Virus record (IMG/VR): IMGVR_UViG_3300024999_000068
Location: 22,551-86,550 of that record
Reading direction: 5' to 3' (one strand)
Length of the DNA stretch: 64,000 nucleotides
Source: a virus
In this document: piece after piece, positions 41,243-49,731 of the stretch
How the letters are laid out: every line of letters begins with the position of its first letter
How positions within the stretch are numbered: the first letter of the stretch is position 1
Notes under the pieces: model-generated
Databases searched by the model: none
Told to the model about the DNA's origin: nothing
Seen by the model: the letters and a program-made list of their open reading frames with translations, nothing else
Made by a program: the position numbers and the translations under genes

Positions 41243-41353
41243 AAAAATCTCCTAAAGCGTAGAGTTTTGCCGACACATCGCTTTAGGAGATCCAGAAGAC
41301 TAGATGAAATTTCTAATACAAGTATATTGTATCAAATTTTTAGAAAATGTCAA
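41243..41353 (-). ncRNA. Putative countertranscript RNA (promoter + terminator) in rep leader
   Basis: Minus strand TTGACA-16-TACAAT (41353-41326) pointing into hairpin ATCTCCTAAAGCG...CGCTTTAGGAGAT followed by T run. Confidence 0.55.
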
Positions 41354-41400
41354 CTAGTTCTTCTAGCTTTGCTGTGCAATGTTAGAAAGAAGGAATTAAT

Positions 41401-41805
41401 TTGTTCAGATTGCCAAAACCTCAGAAAAATTATATGGAAGTCCCAAATATTGTATTTGATGAATTAATACCTAGAATTAGTAATCTATCAGCTTTAAAAT
41501 GTTACTTACTCATGTTAAGAAAGTGTTGGGGTTTCTCTAAGACAGGTGACTGGATAAGTATATCGCAATTAACAAAACTCACATTATTGTCAAAACCAAG
41601 CGTAATAACTGGAATGAAATGGTTAGAAGAAGAAGGGTATTTATGGTCTGCTCAATTTGGCGATTTAGGAAATATTAAAAAGATGTATTTTTTATGTTCG
41701 GAAGAAACTGAGGAGGTAGAAAATATGTATAAAACTGGAATGATTAGTGCAGAAAAATTATATGAAATTATGATGGAAGAAAGGGAAAACTCAAATGTCA
41801 AGTAG
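41401..41805 (+). CDS. Short replication initiator (lambda O / DnaD-N-like wHTH)
   Basis: Y..VPN..FDEL...S...LK.YL...RK..GF.K..DWIS.SQL..LT.LSK.SV......L.E.GYL; iterons directly downstream. Confidence 0.75.
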   Translation: MFRLPKPQKNYMEVPNIVFDELIPRISNLSALKCYLLMLRKCWGFSKTGDWISISQLTKLTLLSKPSVITGMKWLEEEGYLWSAQFGDLGNIKKMYFLCSEETEEVENMYKTGMISAEKLYEIMMEERENSNVK

Positions 41806-41977
41806 TCAAAATTCTTTACTAGAAAAACGGTACTTATCCACAGAAAATAGTAGTAAAGAATTTTAACTAGTAAAGAATTTTGACTAGCGACTAGTAAAGA
41901 ATTTTGACATACAAAAGAAACCAATACAAGGTTTATATATCTTAATATTAATACGCGCGAGAGTAAAGTTATCCACA
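41805..41977. repeat. Replication origin: four 17-bp iterons + two perfect DnaA boxes
   Basis: TAGTAAAGAATTTT(G/A)AC at 41851, 41868, 41892 and inverted at 41805-41821; TTATCCACA at 41834 and 41969; AT-rich tract between. Confidence 0.85.
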
Positions 41978-42006
41978 GGCAACAAAAGAAAGTCAAAGGT
42001 GACATC

Positions 42007-42795
42007 ATGTTTGAATCAGAGCAACCAGAATCAGAAATATCACGTATGTTAAAAGCAGATATTCAATCTCAAAAGAAAACTGCATTAGGTATTCATGGTA
42101 GAGCACTACGTCTTAGAAAACATGAATGCGTAAGAATGCCAAGTGATTGTTTGTCAGGTTTGGCTAAGAAAATAGTTACTCTACCATCCATTTTAAGAAT
42201 AACAACAATTGGAGTGATAGCAATGGAAACACTTATTAATCGCATAAAAACAGGTGAAATTCCTCTCAAATCAGAATTTGAAGAATTAGATTTTGAGAAC
42301 AACCAAAATGCTATAGCAGAATTAAGAAGATTGCATACGAATCATGAAATTATGGGTGTTTGGAAATGTTCTAGTGGTACTCTTTCAAATTATTTTGAGA
42401 AGGTTCAAGTTGCAAAAAGTAAGGGAAACAATATACTCACAGGAAAACCTGCTGTTGATTATTTAAACAAAAATCGAGTATCAAAAGGTTTACCCAAAAT
42501 TGAAGAAGAAAAAGAGAAGCGTCCATATCATAGAACTGCTCCTCTTACTGATAAATCTAATCTAAATGAAAATATTATTTTGGATGATAAAATTATTAAT
42601 GATATTCATGTTCCTGTACAGAAAGTAGTAGAAGTTAAATCATTTGCAATAGAGAATAATTATTTAATTAATGTTAAACGAAAGTTTAAAACTAAAGAGT
42701 TAGAAAGTTTCTTAGAAAGATTGTCTCTGTTTCTCAGTGAGGATGGTCAAGAATTTCTAGTTGAAATTAAAGTTACTGAAGTTGTAAGTAAGTAA
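42007..42795 (+). CDS. Hypothetical protein (start may be 42223)
   Basis: 262 aa ORF; GGAGTGA RBS before internal ATG. Confidence 0.55.
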   Translation: MFESEQPESEISRMLKADIQSQKKTALGIHGRALRLRKHECVRMPSDCLSGLAKKIVTLPSILRITTIGVIAMETLINRIKTGEIPLKSEFEELDFENNQNAIAELRRLHTNHEIMGVWKCSSGTLSNYFEKVQVAKSKGNNILTGKPAVDYLNKNRVSKGLPKIEEEKEKRPYHRTAPLTDKSNLNENIILDDKIINDIHVPVQKVVEVKSFAIENNYLINVKRKFKTKELESFLERLSLFLSEDGQEFLVEIKVTEVVSK

Positions 42796-42818
42796 AAAGT
42801 CTACCATAGTTTATTAAC

Positions 42819-43061
42819 TTGAAAGGATTTGTATCAATAATGCAAAGACAAAAAACATGGGAATTACAAGAATGTAAAGATTCTTACACAGAATTAATTG
42901 AGTCAGTTGAATCATTAGAAATTAAAATGAGTGAAAGAATGAAGATTATCGCTAAAGAGATAGTGATAACTTCATTCCTGAATAATTTAAAACCTAATTT
43001 AGAAAATTTTAAGAACAGAGTTATGCGTGAGAATAGAATTATGAATCATAATATTTATTAA
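42819..43061 (+). CDS. Hypothetical protein
   Basis: 80 aa ORF; AAAGGA before ATG 42840. Confidence 0.5.
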   Translation: MKGFVSIMQRQKTWELQECKDSYTELIESVESLEIKMSERMKIIAKEIVITSFLNNLKPNLENFKNRVMRENRIMNHNIY

Positions 43062-43071
43062 TAGACCATCA

Positions 43072-43428
43072 TCAACCCTTTACAATCTCAATATAGAATT
43101 CGCCACCTCCCTCATTATCAAGCACTCCGTCAATTCTAGCTATCAATTCCGTTCCATCCTCATATTTAGCAGATTCATAATTACATCCACACTCACATTT
43201 TAAATCACTAATCATAATTAATTCGCCACATTCTGCATCAGGAAACATTCCTTTAATTGCTGAATTATATGTTTCATACAGTTCTTTCTTGGCATCCTCA
43301 ATTGTATTAAATGATGTAGGTTTACCAAAAACTCCTGATTTACCTTCTTCAAATAGATTTACTCCGAATCTAACTTGATATTTAATATTATTAGTATTTT
43401 TGCATTTGAATTGTTTAATCTTTCCCAT
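43072..43428 (-). CDS. Hypothetical protein
   Basis: 118 aa, AAGGA RBS. Confidence 0.6.
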   Translation of the reverse strand: MGKIKQFKCKNTNNIKYQVRFGVNLFEEGKSGVFGKPTSFNTIEDAKKELYETYNSAIKGMFPDAECGELIMISDLKCECGCNYESAKYEDGTELIARIDGVLDNEGGGEFYIEIVKG

Positions 43429-43579
43429 TTTTAATTCCTTCTTTCAATTGTTTTATTTGTTTTATTAAATATTCTTCATCTTCACTATGAAAACACGTTT
43501 CACAAGTTAATCCATATTCTTTTGATGAGCAATTGTTTATATTGTAATTTACTGGACATTTGAATTTCATATTATTCTC

Positions 43580-43984
43580 CTATCCACCACACCTAGTACA
43601 AACCATCATTCTCTCTTGACATTCTCTACCGAAATGCTCACCTCTTGATTCTTTTACTTCTACTAATTCACTTCTGCAAGTCTCACATAAACCTTCTTCC
43701 TTGCAGAATTCTTCATTCTTTTCGCTCATATAATCAAGCAATAATCTGAAGTTAATAGCATCGCTTGGCATTCTTAATCTATTTACTATTTCTAAATATG
43801 ATGGATCTGAAACATCATATACGAGAACATCTTTAATATCGTATGTGTCATAATTGTTCATATTATTAATCTCCTTTTTAATTTCTATATTTAATGATTG
43901 ATTAATTATGTAGTCGGTATATTGTTCACAAGGATAATCACATGAAGAAATACGATTGCATTTTGTTTCATTACAATATCTCAT
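43580..43984 (-). CDS. Cys-rich hypothetical protein
   Basis: CxxC pairs, AAGGAG RBS. Confidence 0.55.
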   Translation of the reverse strand: MRYCNETKCNRISSCDYPCEQYTDYIINQSLNIEIKKEINNMNNYDTYDIKDVLVYDVSDPSYLEIVNRLRMPSDAINFRLLLDYMSEKNEEFCKEEGLCETCRSELVEVKESRGEHFGRECQERMMVCTRCGG

Positions 43985-43999
43985 TTTGTCTCCTTTATT

Positions 44000-44431
44000 T
44001 TATATTTTAAAGTTATTTTGGTCAAACATATTTTCTAACAGCTCTATTACATCGTCCAATGTATCGCAATAATTACTAATACAACAATTAATATGTGGAC
44101 TCCAATGTTTACCTTGCTCTCCAAATGCTATTACTGGTTTGCCTAATTCTTTAAATCTAGTTAATTCAAATATGGTTCCTGGTGAGTAATCTATATCATT
44201 GATACAAACAACACAAATATCTGATTTGTTAATATAATAATTATTTTGATCAACTATTATTTTTTCACTATATGTATGATTCATTTCTTTTAAGAATGTT
44301 TTTACAGGGTTAAATGTTTGAATATTATTGCTGTATGCCCATTTGTCTAAGATTTCTCTCCATTCAATAGCTTTGTGTAATTCATTGTTGCGATGATAAT
44401 ATGTCATGCAACTTGCTTCGTAAATATACAA
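44000..44431 (-). CDS. Nucleoside 2-deoxyribosyltransferase-like protein
   Basis: FNPV, D...I.KSD..V, SPGTIFEL...K.LGKPVI. Confidence 0.75.
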   Translation of the reverse strand: MYIYEASCMTYYHRNNELHKAIEWREILDKWAYSNNIQTFNPVKTFLKEMNHTYSEKIIVDQNNYYINKSDICVVCINDIDYSPGTIFELTRFKELGKPVIAFGEQGKHWSPHINCCISNYCDTLDDVIELLENMFDQNNFKI

Positions 44432-44950
44432 TTAAGCAACTCCTTTAATTTTATTTAATACTTCTTGTAAGCAATCATTAATAGCAATATTATTTACAAC
44501 ATAATCAACTTCTTTATCAATGAATTGAAATAATCCTTGATCTGAAAATATCCTTCTAAATACTTCCATAAGATTATCTCCCCTATCTACCATACGTTTT
44601 AATCTTACACGTTCAGGGACTTTGATATAGAATGATTTAATATGTAAATTAGGAATCTTTAATAATTGTCTAAGGCCGTGAGGCTCAACAACTACACAAG
44701 AATTATCTAAGCAATCTTCACGAGCAATTCCATAATACCATCCATTATACATTGTATATTCTGCAAAGAAATTAATTTTTAAATGATATAGAAAATCCTC
44801 TTTTGATATATAGTGATAATCTACTCCATCAATTTCTCCATCTCTTATTGGTCTTGTTGTATAGCTAATTATTTTGTTTAGTCCATTTTTCACTAATTCT
44901 TTTTCTATGGTTGATTTTCCACTTGCTGATTCGCCCACTAGTATAATCAT
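44432..44950 (-). CDS. gmk: Guanylate kinase-like dNMP kinase
   Basis: GESASGKS, SYTTRPIRDGEIDGVDYHY, YNGWYYG. Confidence 0.9.
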   Translation of the reverse strand: MIILVGESASGKSTIEKELVKNGLNKIISYTTRPIRDGEIDGVDYHYISKEDFLYHLKINFFAEYTMYNGWYYGIAREDCLDNSCVVVEPHGLRQLLKIPNLHIKSFYIKVPERVRLKRMVDRGDNLMEVFRRIFSDQGLFQFIDKEVDYVVNNIAINDCLQEVLNKIKGVA

Positions 44951-45604
44951 TTATTTAATCACTCTCCCACAACTATTTTTTTCATTGCAATATCCAAGTA
45001 TTTCACATTTTACTTTTGCATAACTTATAATTGTTTCCCATTCACTATTCAAACTACCAACAACACTTTTTAGATCCTTAACAAATTTTCTAAACTCCCA
45101 ATATGCCCTATTGCATTCTCTAACCTCTACCATATGTAAAATAGCTCTAGCATTAATTTTTAATACAATTTTACTTTCCATGGCTAGTGGAAGGATATTA
45201 GCAATATCTTCTTTTGGAATATCTAAGCTTTCTAATTCTTTGTAAGAATTTTGAATTGATAGCATAATTCTTTGATACACACTAAGGGCTATAATATTTT
45301 TTGAAATAGATTCTGGAGTAATATAATCAAATTCTCCATATTTAATATATCTTGTCGAAGCTTGAAGTCTTGATGTTCCAATGATATGGGTATATATTTC
45401 ACGAATAACTTTTGCAGAGTAACCACTTATTTGTAAAGTAACATCTGCATATTCTAGAACTCTACCATGATTTGATTCAATGCAATCAACTCCTATTTGT
45501 GGAGATGGCTTTGAATCCCAACAATAACTAGCACATTCGCCCATTAGTGACAATGGGTTTTGTGTATAATCAATAACTTTAATCAATCTTATCTTCCTCC
45601 TCAA
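44951..45604 (-). CDS. thyX: Flavin-dependent thymidylate synthase
   Basis: HGRVLEYA, S...ASTRY, EDIANILP, NAR...H....R.C.RAYWEFR. Confidence 0.85.
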   Translation of the reverse strand: MRRKIRLIKVIDYTQNPLSLMGECASYCWDSKPSPQIGVDCIESNHGRVLEYADVTLQISGYSAKVIREIYTHIIGTSRLQASTRYIKYGEFDYITPESISKNIIALSVYQRIMLSIQNSYKELESLDIPKEDIANILPLAMESKIVLKINARAILHMVEVRECNRAYWEFRKFVKDLKSVVGSLNSEWETIISYAKVKCEILGYCNEKNSCGRVIK

Positions 45605-45920
45605 TTACTTCTATTTCTATTTCTATTTCAACTTCTTTTTCTTTAAAAACTTCCATAATACTTTCCAATAGTAAACCATCTTCAAATTCAACTTTATAAT
45701 ATTGTTTACCGTTTCTGGTTTTACTTCTACCAATTATTTCACAAACAGCAGATTCTTTACCTTTGCATAAACCTCCTTCATATGTGACAATAGTTCCAAT
45801 CTCAAATTTATAATCGTTTTTATTAATTGATGATTTACTAATCTCGCTATATTTATTTTGCTTTTTTGGTTTAGTTCTGGGATTTAAGTTTATTGATTTA
45901 CCCTTCGCTATAATTCTCAC
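45579..45920 (-). CDS. Hypothetical protein
   Basis: 113 aa ORF in operon. Confidence 0.55.
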   Translation of the reverse strand: MRIIAKGKSINLNPRTKPKKQNKYSEISKSSINKNDYKFEIGTIVTYEGGLCKGKESAVCEIIGRSKTRNGKQYYKVEFEDGLLLESIMEVFKEKEVEIEIEIEVIEEEDKID

Positions 45921-45998
45921 ATCCTTTATAATTTATTTTATTATATGTACTTATAAAAACATTATATCTTACTTTAACAATAATATCAACATATAGTA

Positions 45999-46355
45999 TC
46001 AATACTTTATAAATCCAATAACCCTATCATCTTCCCAACATTCACCTTCAGGCAAACTAATCTCAATTAAATCATCATCATCCCTATACATATGTAAAAT
46101 ATGACTACACTCTTCAAGTTTATCTTGTTTATAATCATCAAAATAAATAACTATATTACCATTATTTATTTTAAGTTTGTATCCACCACACCATTGAGTA
46201 TTTTCAATTTCTGCATCATTTACAACTAATTTTACTCTAACCCCTATTAATCCATTGTCTGTATGTACTGATTCAATTTTAATTTGCTTGTCTTTTGTTT
46301 TATCACAAAACCACTCTAAATCAAATTCTTTCATAATAATTCCTCCTAATTTCAA
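45999..46355 (-). CDS. Hypothetical protein
   Basis: AGGAGG RBS before internal ATG 46334. Confidence 0.55.
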   Translation of the reverse strand: MKLGGIIMKEFDLEWFCDKTKDKQIKIESVHTDNGLIGVRVKLVVNDAEIENTQWCGGYKLKINNGNIVIYFDDYKQDKLEECSHILHMYRDDDDLIEISLPEGECWEDDRVIGFIKY

Positions 46356-46368
46356 TCAATTTTAGTCA

Positions 46369-46505
46369 TCTAAGCGTCTCAAAAACACAGCACCTAACAA
46401 TCTTACCTAAAACAAATTCTGACTCAAACTTGCTATCATTCTGTTGACTATGTAATTACCTGATTCTACAATCGGCCTGTAGCAATTGTTTCAGAATGTG
46501 ATATT
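46369..46505 (+). repeat. Dispersed ~140-bp imperfect repeat, copy 2
   Basis: Matches 22303-22440 in the same orientation. Confidence 0.65.
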
Positions 46506-46697
46506 TAGCTAAAAATTTTAATTGTCAATAGATGAATCAACATATTCAATACACTCCTAACTTTCTTAATATTTTCTTAAACTTTCCACATTTCAAACAA
46601 ATATAAGATTTAATTTTATATATTGCTTTATATTCAGATTTGAGATAAGTATAATCATGTCTGCAAAACAGTTGTTTTAAAAATTTATTTATTAATT

Positions 46698-46928
46698 TCA
46701 TTGTGTTTCTCTTTTTGCAAATAATGGTCTATGTTCAAATCTTCTAGTGCTAGTAGGATCATAACAATTACAGTCTCCACAAGGACAATTTATATCACCT
46801 TTATTATTTAAACATTCTGTTCGACATCCAAAATAGTCTTTTTGTCTTTCTTTAACTAAATCCCAATTAACACAATCTGTACAAGTGACGCGAGTGTCTT
46901 TATCCATTTTATTTTTCACTCCTTTCAT
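46698..46928 (-). CDS. Cys-rich small protein
   Basis: CTDC, CRTEC, CPCGDC. Confidence 0.5.
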   Translation of the reverse strand: MKGVKNKMDKDTRVTCTDCVNWDLVKERQKDYFGCRTECLNNKGDINCPCGDCNCYDPTSTRRFEHRPLFAKRETQ

Positions 46929-47074
46929 TCAAATTCATTATGATAATACATTTCTGCCAAACCTCTTCTGGCATCCTCTTCTGATACGTTATATTCTTTC
47001 ATAAATTCTTCTGTCAATCTATCATTCATTTTATCCATTGCTACTAAAATCCATTGTTCTTTATTTACAATCAT

Positions 47075-47854
47075 TTATTTATTCATTCCTTTCAACCTAT
47101 TCTTTGTCACCTCAACATATTTTAAATCAAAATCATTTACAATAAAATTCCTACCAGTATTTTCACAAGCAATTGCTGTAGTTCCACTTCCTACACAACA
47201 ATCAACTACAACATCATTTTCATTTGTATATGTATTAATTAACATTTCAAATAGTTTTACGGGCTTTTGAGTAGTATGTAACCCTTTTTCAACATTAAAC
47301 TTCTGTACACTTCTTGGATATCTTTTTCCATCATACTCACCACTTGTACGCTCATACCCTTCACTTGTAGCAAGATTTTCTGTCATGCCTTTTCTTTTAA
47401 CTTTATATGGTTTCCCTTCAGTGAATTGAGGATTATAAAGCATATTATTTCCACTCTTAGTATAGGTTGTAGCAGATTTTCCAAATACTAATATTTGTTC
47501 ATGAACTTTAAATGGCTGATGTTTTACATGGACAAAATTACTGCCATTATCTTTCTCCCATATCCATTCATATTTGAACATGTCAAGATGATTAATGACT
47601 AAATAACTAGCAAATGGATTTGTAGCAGTTAATACAATTGCACCTGAAGGAGTTAGCATTTTAGTTGCTAATTCAAATAATTTTTTTTCATCAATTGGTA
47701 AATCCCATTTATTTGCTGTGACACGATTTTTGCCTTTGAATGTGTATGGAAGATCACATAGGAATAGATTGATTGATTCATCTCCGAATGATGAATGGAG
47801 TTTTTCTAGGAATGTGATAGCGTCTAGATTGTAGATTTGATTTAGTTTTATCAA
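47075..47854 (-). CDS. Orphan beta-class N6A/N4C DNA methyltransferase
   Basis: DLPY motif IV, HTTQKP, VVD...GSGTTA. Confidence 0.88.
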   Translation of the reverse strand: MIKLNQIYNLDAITFLEKLHSSFGDESINLFLCDLPYTFKGKNRVTANKWDLPIDEKKLFELATKMLTPSGAIVLTATNPFASYLVINHLDMFKYEWIWEKDNGSNFVHVKHQPFKVHEQILVFGKSATTYTKSGNNMLYNPQFTEGKPYKVKRKGMTENLATSEGYERTSGEYDGKRYPRSVQKFNVEKGLHTTQKPVKLFEMLINTYTNENDVVVDCCVGSGTTAIACENTGRNFIVNDFDLKYVEVTKNRLKGMNK

Positions 47855-47898
47855 TAGTGGATGCTCCTTTCGTTTAAACCATAATTTTTAAATGCTAA

Positions 47899-48123
47899 TT
47901 ACTTTTTATTTATTAAACTTATCATAAATTCATAGAATAAATCCCTTTTATCCTGAACTGTTTGTTTAAACATTTCATTTGGTTCTCCACACCCTCCAAC
48001 ATCTACATAACTGTCTTCCCATTTTCTTGTGTCTATAATCTCAAAAATAAATTCAATTATATCCTCTTCTGTTTGGAAACTTCCTCTAAACACATTCCAC
48101 CAATCGTCATTTAATTTTGCCAA
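47899..48123 (-). CDS. Hypothetical protein
   Basis: 74 aa, GAGGGGG RBS. Confidence 0.5.
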   Translation of the reverse strand: MAKLNDDWWNVFRGSFQTEEDIIEFIFEIIDTRKWEDSYVDVGGCGEPNEMFKQTVQDKRDLFYEFMISLINKK

Positions 48124-48180
48124 TTTTTATACCCCCTCTTCTAAAAATTATTTCTAATCCTAGCAAATTTCACTTTTATG

Positions 48181-48378
48181 CTAATATAATTTTTCGCTTA
48201 ATTCTTCTAAGAGTTTAAATATTGTATTAATTTCTGTCAGATTGGTATAATCTTGAAGCATGTCTTTAATTAGATTTACATCTTGCTCAATAATATCTAA
48301 CATATCTATTGCCTCAGATAGTTCTACTTTATTATCTTCAGAATTATATTCTAATCTTTTTCTGTATTCGCTTTTCAT
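48181..48378 (-). CDS. Hypothetical protein
   Basis: 65 aa, AAAGGA RBS. Confidence 0.5.
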   Translation of the reverse strand: MKSEYRKRLEYNSEDNKVELSEAIDMLDIIEQDVNLIKDMLQDYTNLTEINTIFKLLEELSEKLY

Positions 48379-48462
48379 TATTAATCAATTCCTTTCTTAT
48401 CCCAAGAAATACAAATTTTATATGGGTTAGGAAAGGCAATTAAGCCTTCCCTATATTCAATA

Positions 48463-49079
48463 TTATCTAGGTGCAAATTCACCAAAGTATTTTATTTCTT
48501 CTTCTTTACGAATTTTTATTGCATCGTCTATATTGTTAAAATAACCTAAATTAATATGCTTTCTGTTAACCATTATCTGTGCCACCCATTTATACCAACC
48601 CACTCCAGTAACTCCTGAAGTATTATTTATTGCTAAGCTTAAATTTCTAGAGTTTTCTTTAGATTTGCATATTCTTAAATTATCGTTTGTACAATCTAAT
48701 GGATCTCTATTTATGTGGTCTACAATAAATCCTTCTGGAGTATCCATAATAAGATTATGTAGTCTAAATTGATTTTTCTCTATATTTGTAGTAGCATATC
48801 CAGTATTACTTAATCTCCATTTATAATCTTTTGCCTTATCTAATTTATCAAAAGAAATTTTAACCCTTGCTCTTTCCTTACATTGCCTATCTTCAAGAAT
48901 TATTTCAGCGTAATTTCTAAGATAATTATAATATTTTTATCCTTAGTTGTACGATCTCTTATTTCTCCTTATCTTTCTATGTGGTGTCTATGTTTTGAGC
49001 ATAAGTATTTATTTGATTCTTTATTAAACTGTACATATTTATTGCTTTGACATATTTCACATGTTTTAATATTTTTCAT
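48463..49079 (-). pseudogene. Decayed HNH-AP2 homing endonuclease
   Basis: ATG 49079, in-frame TAA at 48969-48971, then a frameshift; remnant VDHINRDPLD...NLR + SGVTGV...W.AQI...LGYF. Confidence 0.75.
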
Positions 49080-49089
49080 ATATTCTCCT

Positions 49090-49692
49090 TTACTTAATAA
49101 ATTGCTCTAGTGAAATTTTTGACCATGATTCTAATTCTCCTTCAAAATTAAGCAAATCTTCTTTTGAGGTCCAATCCCCAATTAAGGTTTCCGTTTCTTT
49201 AACACTAACATCTAATCCGTCAACAGTTACAACGTAAATTAAACCAAGATGTGTTGAATCAACTTCTGTATTATTAGAACAAATCATACCAATTAGATCA
49301 ATAGATTTGATGTTTGATTTAATATCCATTTCCTCATCTAATTCTCTCATCATACCTGACTTAATATAGTTACCATCTTCACTATCTACACGCTCTAGAT
49401 GCCCCCCTACGCCCAGAGAATACTTGCCTGTAAGTCTAGCGTCACCTTCAAGTCTACGAGTGATGAAATAGTTGTCAGCACATTTCACCAAACAATATGG
49501 AATGATTTGTCGATTATCAAAATTTAGTTCTGCATCATAACGAGGAATGAATTTGCCAACTGAGTTAAAAATATCACTATATTTATTATCTTTGTCTAAT
49601 TCAACAAATGTGTCAAAATCCTTTGTTAATTCATTGCTTACTACAAATACTTCTATATTACCATATTTAGCTTTTAATTGTTCTTTATTCAT
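49090..49692 (-). CDS. NUDIX-family phosphoesterase
   Basis: RQIIPY, SLGVGGH, GMMRELDEE, HLG, LESWS. Confidence 0.8.
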   Translation of the reverse strand: MNKEQLKAKYGNIEVFVVSNELTKDFDTFVELDKDNKYSDIFNSVGKFIPRYDAELNFDNRQIIPYCLVKCADNYFITRRLEGDARLTGKYSLGVGGHLERVDSEDGNYIKSGMMRELDEEMDIKSNIKSIDLIGMICSNNTEVDSTHLGLIYVVTVDGLDVSVKETETLIGDWTSKEDLLNFEGELESWSKISLEQFIK

Positions 49693-49731
49693 CTTTATTT
49701 CCTCTTTTCAATTTATAAATTTGTTTTTAGA

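Noticed and set aside
41189-41467. 92-aa ORF overlapping rep
   Set aside because: Runs through regulatory hairpins; a leader peptide cannot be excluded but has no support
41805-41908. CRISPR array
   Set aside because: 17-bp units are adjacent with 0-7 nt gaps, one is inverted, and DnaA boxes flank them: iterons
47075-47854. Restriction-modification system
   Set aside because: No adjacent restriction endonuclease; treated as an orphan methyltransferase
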